Of a DNA stretch of 64,000 bases, positions 1 through 11,600 are shown in pieces. Within the stretch, counting starts at the first letter, position 1. Each line of letters opens with the position of its first letter. Source of the DNA: Tubulanus polymorphus (Eukaryota > Animalia > Nemertea). The notes beneath the pieces are model-generated. The model searched no databases. It had not been told where the DNA came from and saw nothing but the letters and a program-made list of their open reading frames with translations. Made by a program: the position numbers and the translations under genes. The stretch is taken from NCBI RefSeq assembly GCF_964204645.1, contig NC_134029.1, positions 7,528,850-7,592,849 on the forward strand, written 5' to 3'.

Positions 1-768
1 TAGTCTTCCATACCAGATATTCGGACTAAATTTTCTATTACAAAATGTAGGATATACTAGATATTTAATCGTTATGTTCGGTAATATTGTGTCTGTGTAT
101 ATGTGAATGTTTCAATGTTTAATTTTTTGCTTGTCAATAAAAACCAAAAAAACGATGATTCAAACTAGATATCTTTCTTAGTTGTATCACAACCCTATCT
201 ATTCTCACTCGAGCCTCTTTTCCTAATCTCGAGAGATGGAAAACTAATTCTTCAAAAAATATGTTTCTTCAAACAGGAAATAATAATGACTAGAACTGAA
301 TTGTCTCTCAAAATATGATGACATGGACTCCATCCTGATCCGACAGCGTGTACCCGCCCATCAAACTAAGGCGTAGATCCAGTGGGTCTTATGGGTCTCC
401 TGGAAGACCCTCAAAATTTCGAATATATGCCCTCAAAAAGTCTGAGTAGAAACTATATCAGATACAAATGTCGTTTGCATAAAAAATTAATCTAACTTGT
501 GTGAGACTGTGAAAAGCCAAAATAACAGTTTAGTTGCTGATGCCTGTCCCATTGCCACTTCAGTAATTCAAATTATTAAGACCAATTTGCAATGCTAGTG
601 AAAAGAAACCATATTGAAATGAATACCGTGAAATCTTCCCCATAGTTCATGTAATTCTTTTCTATTCACCAGGAACCTGTGACGAAACGTAAAGTTCAAG
701 TATTTCCTAAGCACACCTATTTTGCAGCCATAGTCCAATGAGTATACGACTGAGTCCAAAACGTAAGG

Positions 769-1941
769 TTATCCAGTGAGGTATTTTTTTCCTATCGTTT
801 GAGCTTTCTTTTCGAATGCTGCTGAATGAACCGGAGTGTTTATCTCATAGAACGGATTCATAGTCAACTGAAAAATAAAAGCGGTTAAGAAAATCATCAT
901 AACTCAACTTCATTGTATGACTGAACTGGTAAAAATGGCTATGTATCCATGCTATCAACAAGAAACGTGTCTTATGAATATAAATTCCCATGTAAAATGA
1001 TCTAGGCCTACATGTACAGTAATCTTGGACGAACTGGGATTAGTCCAGCAAAATTGGTCCGAGGTAAGGGAAGTCCGAGTTATAGTTAGGGAGCCAGTTC
1101 CACAGTTGTGAGTTAGAGTTAACTCTGAGAGTCAAAGTTAGTTCATCGTCAATGAGTTAAATCTTAATTCGGAACTGTGGAACTGGACCAGGAAAGATAA
1201 ATCAGGAAATCACAAAAACGATTTTGTTTAGTCGAAAGTTGTAGTTGGGCATGTCCGAGTTAGGTGAGGTTTACTGTAGTAGGGCTTTTGACTAAGGCTT
1301 ACAAAATACCTCTACTGGTAACAAATCCTTAAAAGTCTGTTCCAACAATTAGTCAATTTCACTTACTTTTATATAAGATTCATACATTTCCGCGAAGAAA
1401 TTCTTGATTCCGTCCTCATTTTTCACGTCATGCAACATCATAAACCTCATACGTGGATTGAAGTTAAGAAAAAAAGAAATCGATGCCACAAAATTGATAT
1501 GCCAAATATATCTAGGCAAATCAAGTAAAAGCCAGTCTATAAATCCAACTCTGGATCTGCTCCAGCAATCGTGATATTTGATCGATTTCTAAAAGGATAT
1601 GTCCAGCAGTAACAAACGAGGAGACAAACCATTCGTTGAATTTATCTACAATTTTCAGGTACATATTACTTGTGGTCCACATCATTTCATCAACAAGATC
1701 CAATGCTGCGTGCGCTATGAACTGATTCAAATGTCTATGGTCATCTTTCTATAAAATAAAAAAATTACAATCATTCAACAAAATAAATCGTTGGCCTGTC
1801 GAGGAGAATTTTTCCGTAATTTAGGGCCTATGTCAGTTTGCATACCTTAGGATCGCTAGTACGGTTAGCTGGTGCGTATTCCATTTCAAACACTGGGTTG
1901 TCATAGTGACCAACAATCACAAAATAATACGTGCCCGACAT
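769..1941 (-). CDS. TRAPPC2: Trafficking protein particle complex subunit 2 (sedlin), 142 aa, 4 coding exons
   Basis: Exons 1941-1846, 1748-1601, 1452-1367, 867-769 splice in frame to [142 protein letters not shown]. This closely matches known sedlin. Introns are GT-AG except one AT-AC. Confidence 0.97.
1017..1276. mobile_element. Tc1/mariner-like MITE remnant (CAGT termini, TA flanks) with a nested short palindromic MITE at 1094-1186
   Basis: TA|CAGTAATCTT ... AGGTTTACTG|TA; internal CCAGTTCCACAGTT...AACTGTGGAACTGG element that recurs at 12782-12876 and 39354-39462. Confidence 0.55.
1453..1600 (-). other. U12-type (minor spliceosome) AT-AC intron of TRAPPC2
   Basis: Minus strand 5' site ATATCCTTTT (1600-1591), branch site TTCTTAAC about 10 nt before the 3' end, 3' site CCAC. 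Removing it restores the TAG-R-MRF frame. Confidence 0.93.
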
Positions 1942-2466
1942 TGTGGATGGAATAATGATGATAGCAACCCAGTCACACACAACAGCCAAGTAAGACGGCA
2001 GACGCTTACTAAAAACAGAATGAAGAAGCCAAAGCCCACCGTATGATTATCAAAATCACGGGAATTCCAAAATAATTAATGGACAAAAATCAAGATATCA
2101 ATTAGTTCCTACCTAATGATAAAAATTATACCCGAAACAATAAGTTTACTTCGCATAAATAGAGAATTTTGGAGAATTTTCACTTCCTGGTTTTTTCAAT
2201 GGGAGCTGCCATATTGGAATCATACTAATTACCGAGATGAACGGATAATGAAATAGATATTCAATCGCAAAATCCTCGATAGTTGTGGCTGCTGAAGCAA
2301 AGCAACTCATCAAATATCCATTTTCTATGAATATAAACAGTTTCTTAAAAGTTTTAAAGCGGAGAATATAGAGTAAAGTACTAAATTAGTTAATCGTGTA
2401 TGTGATGAGTCGCCTGCCGGTGCAGGTTAATCGCGTAAGCGATTTCAAGGTCGTCGAGCGGTAAGA
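1942..2466. promoter_or_regulatory. Putative bidirectional promoter / 5'UTR region between TRAPPC2 and OCIAD1
   Basis: Divergent start codons about 525 bp apart; ETS-like CACTTCCTG (2181) and YY1-like GCCATATT (2208). TSS not determined. Confidence 0.6.
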
Positions 2467-5400
2467 ATGGCTTCCAGAAGAGAACAGCAACAACCTGATA
2501 ATTTTCAGCGACAAACAGAGCAAAGGACTCGTCCTATGCCACAGGTTAGGAGGCCTTTGAATAATCATTCAATATGCCAATAATGATCAATGTTTGATCT
2601 GACTGAATAAAATGATGAGAGGGTGCATGCGCGGAGAGAGAAGGAAAGGCTGATATATTAGGCCTACCAATGGAACCCATACTTGGAAATGTTGTACAGT
2701 AAACAAATGCTCTACAAATTGTTATTCTTTTACTAAAATTTACAGTTAGAATTCACCCGTGAAGAACTTGCTGTTTTAAAAGAATGTAACCGAGAAAGTT
2801 TCTGGTACCGATGTAAGTGTAAATGCCAAAATGGGAATTCCTATAATTTTGCCTGTTCGTGTCCATTAACTTTTGTCGTGGACAGCGTTGATGAAAATGT
2901 ATAATAAATGAATGGTTTGGAATTTTTCAGGTGTACCCCTAAGCTGTGTGCTAATGGGATTGACTACATATGCTGTTAGAACTGGTATGTTGATTCGAAC
3001 TTGCGACACTGATAATACATATATTTTCAGAATGAAATGGTCAAAAAGTTATACTGACAAGTCTCGAATCACAGTTGATTATGATCATTGGACATAGGCT
3101 ACTGGGGCCAGTTTTAAGGAGTAGTATCAACTTGAACAGGGGGTATGGTGGAATTTTGCTTGCCACAGTAGCGTAGCTTTGCCAATACCCCATTGAAATT
3201 GAACTCCAGAATTCCAGAGTGAATTCCAGAGTTTGAGTAAATACTGGAGCCAAAATTTCCAGTCATGTATTCCGGTACTTTAATTTAAACAAAAAATCCT
3301 GTAAATTTGACCGTTAAACTATATCTGTAGTTACCGATGTACTTCGATTTCGGATTTCAAACGGAAACTGTTTTGTTCCCGGCAGGTGTGGTGGGTTTGT
3401 AAGGACACCAAACCAATCATTCAATCAAATAAATAATTTAGGGAGAGTCATCCATATTTCAAGATCAAAAAAGTTAATACCAATCTATAAAACTGGCCCT
3501 GGACACCCTCTGCCTCTTTCTCAGTTCTGCATTCATCTAGAGTTATTTCAACTGTTTATTCAACTGTTTAGGCCATCTTCGCGGACACCCGACTTTCGGA
3601 CCGTTCTTTAAGAACTTGGGCGCAGGATTCGTCGGTTTCGTGTTGGGCAAAGTATCCTATCAGGAAAAGTGTCGGGAAAAACTGAGTCGAATCGAAGGCA
3701 GTAAGCTGGCTGCTGCGTTCGAACGTTCCTCCTGGAAAAATCTGTAAGTGCATTTTTTTTAAAGAATCCTTCTCTTAACTCAAATGCTCGTATCATCAGT
3801 CATACACGAATAATAGTTAACCATTGCTAAAGAATGTGATTTAGATTCCATCGTCTCACTTGAATTATTACCTAACTTGAACAAAAATGACTGGTCCTAA
3901 TTTAGGGTTCTTACGGGTTTCCCAATTTAACTTTCCGTACCCAGATTATAGATTTTCCATACCTTTAAGTTACACATCGCCAACCTAGAACAGACCTGTG
4001 TAGGCCCATTCAAAGTAAATGAATGCCAATTATCCATAGCATTGACAAAGTGTTTCTATAAAGTTTGTTATCAAATGTGTATTAAGACATTTAGGCATAC
4101 CCTATTTTCACTTGAAATCATTTAAATAGATTTGGTTTGGTACGGTAAACTTGAATACATTTTCAGGATTCCAGGAGCTGCTGAGCCGAATGCCGCTACT
4201 ATTCCTGATAGTGATGTGTCTTTATATTCATCACCCGATGATTACAGTAATATCAATATCGATACAGATAGACGTCCAGTTGTTGCTGAATTAGATGATC
4301 GATTTCGACCAACTTTGGACAGTAAGCATCAGTTTTCCTCAATCTTTATTGTTCGGAATGCATGAAGTGAATTGAAAATCTTATAGAGTCTAAGATGGAT
4401 GATAAAGCAGTCAAGCTTATCTAATCCAAATAAGATTAATCCGTTGATCTCAGATGGAAATGTTTTAGTCAAACACATCGCAAATGTTAATGTTGGGGCC
4501 TTAGTTACATTTAATTGAAAATAGAAGATGGTTTATCTTAAGATTAAGCCTTAATTGATTCGATGGGTCACAGTACAATATAAGCTTATCCTGGGCTTAA
4601 GTTTTAACTGTAGGACTGGCCCCAGAATTATCCGGATTTCTCTCAATCAACCGAATGAATTTCATTGGATCAGTTTACTAAGCAGGCTTTACTGTAGTCC
4701 CTCATGTTATACTTGTAAAAAAATGCTTCAGGTACCCATTCTAAGGAACATTCTAAAGAACTGCAACAAGGTTTGTGAGATGCATATATGTATACATTTA
4801 TGTATTTGCGTACCTCTAATAGATTTGCATAAATTACTAATTAGATTTTAGGTTGTTTTCGCTAAAAATTTTAGCTAATACGCTTGACTACACTTTTCTA
4901 TCTATTCATAAGAGCTTTTTCTTTGAATAGATGAAATTGTTTTAACCTTGCGTAGTGTTTTTACTATAACATGTATGTCACATCTCGGTATCCTTCACAA
5001 ATGATCTTTAACTCGTTAATCGCTTATGATGTGTATGTTAGCTTTTAAAATTTTTGTAGTACTACATAACCACACAAATGGTAGCAGTTGAAAATTGTGT
5101 TTTTCCGAATTTGTATCATCCATTTCCTGCAGTGTCTGAAGAATTCTGGTATAAACGCTGATTTTAAACTTAATCTGATTTAACATTGAGTAATCATTAT
5201 CTTTTGTCAATAGGAGAGGTTACCGGAAGTAACAGCCAACAGGATCAACTGCCTGCAACTAGTTATAACTCGTACGAGGAACTACAGAAACGCAATCGCG
5301 AAGACTACGAACGACGTCTGCAGAATAGAAATAGATCACCGCCGCAGCCGGAAGCTACCGCTCGATCCAAACCGGAATATAACCCAGCCGCTGCTCGGCA

Positions 5401-6095
5401 ATCGAGAGATTCTTACCAACCGCTTAAACCTCGTTCGTACGAACCCTCTTCCAGATCTACTGCTACTACTAATCAAAGTGGTAAGATAATTTAAGAATTG
5501 AATCCAGGGTCCCTACGACTCCTTGATTCCTGAAAGACTCCTTTTTAATGAAAAATGCTTAAGGTGCTTAAAACTCCTTTGATTTGAGCAAAATGCCAGA
5601 AATTCCTTAAAAGATCCTTCAATTTTGAGAAAAAGGCAATTAGAAATTTTTGAAGTTGTACAGTTAATAGACTGCACCTAAATTGATACAGTAGGGACCA
5701 GGGTTTGTTGCCCAATTAGGTGGTTACCAAATCGGACAGGATAGGATTTTGCTTATAGAACCTCCAAATTAATGGTTTACTGAGATAAACACTACGGATT
5801 TAGGGGGTTCTACAGTAATTGGCATATGAGAGTTTGAAATTTACTCCCTTAAAAACTCCTTATATCTAGGAATGACTGATCTGTATGGACCCTATAATCA
5901 GTACTTACCGGTATCTTTTTTGAAATTTTTTTTGTAAATTCCCCTAAGATATTATCTTTCATGGTGTTTTGATGTCACCTTTACCACTCCTATTTATTGA
6001 GAAAACTGAATTCTCAAAACCTATTTTTTTCTAATTTTTCAGGACAAAGTGTAGGTAAAATAAGAAACAAGTATGGTGATGTTTTTGAAGAATGA
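2467..6095 (+). CDS. OCIAD1: OCIA domain-containing protein 1 (asrij homolog), about 281 aa, 7 coding exons
   Basis: Exons 2467-2544, 2746-2812, 2931-2984, 3572-3743, 4167-4321, 5214-5480, 6043-6095, all GT-AG and phase-compatible. OCIA domain (FTREELAVLKECNRESFWYRCVPL...HPTFGPFFK...GKVSYQEKCREKL), SYEELQKRNR motif and C-terminal NKYGDVFEE*. AATAAA at about 6146. Confidence 0.92.
3255..3418. repeat. Dispersed repeat fragment (inverted copy at about 21090-21300)
   Basis: CCCGGCAGGTGTGGTGGGTTTGTAAGGACACCAAACCAA is the reverse complement (with mismatches) of TTGATTTGGTGTCGCTTACAAACCTACCACACCTGCCGGG at about 21100-21138. Confidence 0.6.
5505..5894. mobile_element. hAT-like non-autonomous element (CAGGG termini); related copies at 19248-19657 and 12592-12730 (inverted, partial)
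   Basis: CAGGGTCCCTACGACTCCTTGATTCC ... GGAATGACTGATCTGTATGGACCCTA, collinear with the 19248 copy over about 390 bp. Superfamily inferred from termini only. Confidence 0.7.
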
Positions 6096-7782
6096 GTGTA
6101 CTTTTGTAGTGAATTTTACTATTAGTGTGGATTTCGCCAGTTGTAAATAAAATGATTTATGAAAATAATAAAGATTACCAAAATGAATTATATTCAATTC
6201 GTTGGTAATTTTCGCTGAGTTGGTTAACTATAGAATCCATTCTTGATATAGGTGCGACCTTCAATTACCAGGCCCACACTCGGTAGTATTTACCAGTGGT
6301 GTAAGAGCATGCCCATGGGCCTGTAAACTCAATTGATTCATCATCATTAGTTGACAGAACTTAGAAGGCTTTTGAGCCTAATTTCATCCGCTTCGATTGC
6401 CTCACTTTGTTGCTGTACTGCAGTATGCCAGCTTTCACTTTTTGAAATCAGCAATTACCTGTTTCATCTTGGTAACATTCGTGTTGAAGAACAATTTATC
6501 CTTATTCTAAAATACTTTACTACAATTTATCAGAATGTCTTAAGTAAAACTAATTTGTCTGAATCAAAATTTAATAGTTTTTGAAGGTTATTCTTTTAAT
6601 ACAAAGGCAGTTGACGACTAAGATTGATTTTGAAGCATCAGAAATTCACTTTTATTTTGACTTCCATTTCGTTTACATCTGCTCAGAAAATATGTATTTT
6701 GATTTATCCGTTTTAGGTTCTAAAATCTAAGGATTTGCAGGAGACTCTTGAAATGATTGTACATTTTGTAATACACTGGCATAATGATCCCATAGAATTC
6801 AAACGCTGTGATCTGTTGAAAACTTTTGACTTAGAGATCCACATTTTTGGGTCAAATCTCCAACATTTGATTCCAGTTAATCTTAAGCGTGGAAACAGAT
6901 TCTTAAATCTTGTGACGAGCCACTCAACCTGGACCATCTTTTGGACCAATGAAATGAAGTTTAAAAATGTGGTTTAGGAAAAACCATTTTCTGCATTAAC
7001 AATGAAATTTAAGTACAAGGAGCCTCGACAGCTAGTTCAAGATGTCCGGGGCTAATTCCACAGAACCAAGTTAAAATCTCTAGGATTGTATAATTTCATT
7101 CAATGTTGTCTTTATCTCGACCCAGCGCCGTGGAATTGGCTCCTCGGTTAGAGAACTAACGGTGGGTATTGAGGTTGAATTTTCCAGTCCTCTGAAGCTC
7201 ATTCTTCGCATCTGAGCGGCATTATCAAAACAGTACTGACCTTCACAAATTATAACATTATCTATGTACAGAAGCGTATTTACATAATTAATCGTCATCA
7301 TTCATTGCCATTTACCTAAATTACATCCGACTACAGTCAACTCATCTAAGGCCTAATTACAGTAGTGAGGAATTATTCCGACGCCTTGTATAACAAAGCT
7401 TATATCAATAATCTTAAAAAAACGTTTTCCTCCGGAAAAAATTGAACGATAACCAACTCTGTAAAGTACATAGAAAACTAAAACTTTCAATTTAGGTCAA
7501 TATATATCAAATCAAAATGAAAACGTATAACAATAAAATATCTAATCGACTCAACAAAATGATTATTTTATCAAACTTCTTTTCATCACAGAACAAATTA
7601 TTTCTGTCATTTGCAAAATACGCTTTAAAACCGATTGCTTCAACTGACGAAGGAGATTCTTTCTCAATATTAACAATTCATCATCTCTAACAACCGTAAA
7701 TTTACGAAACAGTTTTCTAAGGCGATGAAAGAATTTTTTTCTGAAAAATATCTCTCTTTGTCATTGTCACAATTAATTAAGA

Positions 7783-7908
7783 CAGGGTGGCCACTTATCT
7801 GGAAATCGGGGAATTTTCTTTTCTTTAAAAATGTCTTACGTATTTAACAGATCAATGCATGTCAGGGAATAGTCGGAAAAAGCAACCCGAATAAAAGTGG
7901 CCACCCTG
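7783..7908. mobile_element. Short MITE with 14-bp perfect TIR
   Basis: CAGGGTGGCCACTT ... AAGTGGCCACCCTG, with TAAGA directly outside both ends. Confidence 0.7.
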
Positions 7909-8663
7909 TAAGAGTATTCTTTAGAATAAAGATCAGCGTAATGCTGAAGATATTAGTAAAATTCATAGAATATATCTACATCTCTATGGATTGTGTAAAT
8001 ATTTCACGCAATGAGGTATCACACGTTAGCATCGACTACAAATGAGAATAATAAATGAGCTTTAGTCCTCTTCAATTAGTTTTCTTCCATTGCTATAAAA
8101 CAAAAGCTAAGTTCGACACTGGACTGCAACGGTTAAGACGCACCAGGTCATTAAATAATTTTCCGCTCGTTATTCACTAATCATACTGCATGATTTGAAA
8201 CCTTGGTTGGTTATTGAATGATAGTCAAATTTAAGTTTGAAATAAGTTACTGCCTGACACAATTTTCCATAATACATAGTTCCTCGAATTTATATGTACA
8301 AATATTTCATTGTTAATATACAACACACGCGCAGAAAAATTTCATTTCCGTGGTTACCAGTATCAAAGAGATAGAAAATCTATACAAATAGCAGGGATAA
8401 TGTACGAATGAGATATATAGAAATTTTAAATTATTTCAGTCAGTTCAGTTACAAAGAGTGTTTAGTAATTAAGAGTTCAACTAGTCATTTGCTTAAAATC
8501 GTAGTCAATATACGTCATCAGTTAAGATAACACAGACGAATAGGGGCTGCCAAGTTTCCGAGTTGTGAGATGGCCGTTCAGGATTGCGGACGTTCTGTCA
8601 AATTTACTCAATGATCATCACTTTACACGGATCGGGAGTCAATTCGAATTCGAAGCGACAGCC

Positions 8664-11600
8664 TCAGCAGACAAATCGCGGACCCGAACTGTCTAGACCG
8701 CCGAATCCAGTTCCGCCGCAGTTACCCGGAGGTCCGGTTCCGTCGTCGCTTTCGTCGTCCCAGTGAAAATACGATGCCGGCGTGTTTGATTCGCTCATCG
8801 ATTCACGTCGTTTACGCGTTCGTTCCTGTTCCTAAAAATACGTTCAAGCAATAATCAGATACACGACCGCTTCTTTCGAGCAACACATTACAATTTTCTA
8901 TTTTCAATCAGATTTTAATACCGATATCGAAATACTTCATTCTCTCATATTTGAATCTTGGAATGAATAACTTTTAGCAACAACTATGAAACTAAAATAT
9001 GCGTTAAAAAGCTGCCACTGTGGCTTTAAGACTAAATTAAAACCAATATCATAAGTTTGAAAGTCTATATCTGAAGTTTGAAAGTCTCACAGTTGACCAG
9101 TCACCAATATTGGAAGTAATACAGAGAATTTTGGCTGAAAAATCCTATACCTTCATCTTATCAGATGTTAATACTACAAAATCACTAGGGGCTGATTTTA
9201 TAGACTGGTATTCACATTGACCCAGGGGCTAACTCAATTGATAATGAAGGGTAAAGTTAATACCAGTCTATAAAATCAGCCCCTAGTGATTTTGTAGTAT
9301 TAACAACTGATAAGATGATGGTATAGGATTTTTCAGCCACAATTCTCCATATTATTTCTAATATTTCATGAAGTTTTAACTTCGGGCCCCAGTTTCACAT
9401 ATAAGATTAAGCTTAGAATCCTTCTGTTTGAATAATAATCCTCATTGAAAACATGTACTTGCCAAAACCAATCTAAGCGAAAGTTTGAGTTTAACTCTTT
9501 CCCGTAGTTCTACGACCGGAGGGGTTATCGTCCTCGACAAAATTTTCATACTTACGCAAATCATCGCGAGATTGTCTTTTTGCACGATGTCGTGCAGATC
9601 CTTTCTCAACGGTCCGTCGAGCACCGCGGCCTGCAGACTGTCGTCGAGATCGTGCTGCGTCGACGTTTCGTCGTCCTCGAGATCGAGTCGTTTATAGCAC
9701 AGAACGTACGCGGTGTCGCGCGAGAACCGCTTCGTCACGCCGCTGAACGACTCGAAGTTCGAATACGACACGCGACTGTCGTTGAACAGGTACCACTTGT
9801 CCTGCAAATAATCGACCGTCTCAACGGCTCCGTTCTGCACGCTGTATGACGATTCTGTTCCCTGGTTGCTGTGAACGCAATGCCGCGCGTAACAGTAATA
9901 ATGCCCGCTCTCTGACGACGTTCCCGAATGCACGATCACCGCGTACAACCCGTAGACTTTATGATCTATGAGTTCGTTGTTTTGGCTGTGTTTGCGTTTG
10001 GTTTTCAGCGCGTTCTCGTCACCGGCGACCGGCAACAGCAGCGTCTTCGGATACGTGACGTCCGTCAGTATTTTCGAACGCGACTGCATTTTCACGTCGT
10101 ACGAAAATCGCAACAAGTTCAGCACGAGAACCTGCGGCGATTCGACGATGCGAATCGAACGTTCGGCGTCTTGCAGTTTTTCGCAGTTTTCGCAATGGTA
10201 TTGATTATCGCCTTTGAGCGTTTCCGGCTCCAGGTAATATTTGATCAAATCGTCCAGCACGATAGGTTCTTTATCGTCGCCGCCACCAGCGACTGACGAA
10301 GAATCTTTATCGGGAATCGCGAGCGGGATATCGATGAACGATTCCGTACGCGACGAATTGCTACAGCACGATTTACATTTGTATGTCGTCTGCACTTTAC
10401 CGGCAAAATGACTGTGTATCAACGACTGTAACTCACGGCCGTCGTTGACGTCTTTGGCGGCGGTTTCGGCTGCGTCTTTTTCGGCTTGCTGTTTGAGTTT
10501 CAGCGTTTCCTGCTCGTGTAACTGGTCAAGCATGTACTTCAGGTACTCGCTGCAGTCCTGCTGGTGACCGTCGATGAACCACGATGGACGCGACGCAGAC
10601 ACGAAGTTCGTAGGGGAATACGCCGCCCTCTGAAATAACAGATTTCTGTTACTGGCGTTTACGAGAGTTGGACAGTTAATGACGCATCTTATGAAATGTC
10701 TCAAAATTTTTCAGTGATTTTCAAAATGTGCAGGACCCAGTTCCAGAGAAGCGAACATCAAACTAGGGGTCTTACGTTGTTCCACTTAGACAGCTGAACA
10801 TAAATATATTGTCCAAGAACAGTGACAAATTAAGGCTTTTCAAATTTAGCCCGATCATCAAAGGTGTGGCATGCTATATGTGCCTGTGTTTAGATAATTC
10901 ATCACAAGACCTATGCACAAATAAAAAGACTGTAGGGGCAACTTATTGAGAATTCATTGAATCTAACAGAAATTGTATGGTTCATGACCAAGAAATTTTC
11001 AATCTCATAATTCCCCGATCTTCCTGATCCCAAGATTCCCCACATGTAATTTGAAATCTAAAATTCCCTAATTTGCAGGAACCCTACGCAACTAGTCAAT
11101 CACAGGAATGATAAGGGAATCTAAATTCCTAGTTAAAGGTGACTTTATTCACTGATTTCATTCACCGTCTACTACTAGTGACTATTCACTAAGTACTGCT
11201 ACAATAACACTCGATTACGACATCTGCCGTAGTGTTTGTCTCTGTCGAAATTTTATGCGCTTTTTACCTGCGTGAGTGTGAGGAAAGCAAATACTCGCTG
11301 TAATTTAATCAGAAGAGGCTGAAATCGACAGATGGGCTGAGCCAGAATTGATTTACGAAAACTGAAATATAAGAAAACACATAAAATTAGCAAATTCCTA
11401 TAGTATTCAGAGTTCTTCGTATGCTGGAATTTAAAAGGGACTGTATTCATCATTAAGTGTTAGTATGACCTAGCGTGGCTGCTGAAGTAGCAAGGCTCTC
11501 CAACCCCCCAAAAAATACAGAAAATTAAGCTTAATTTTGGTGTAAACTTCTATTTTTCACATGAGCTCAATATATTTCGAAGCAATTATCAGCATGAGAA

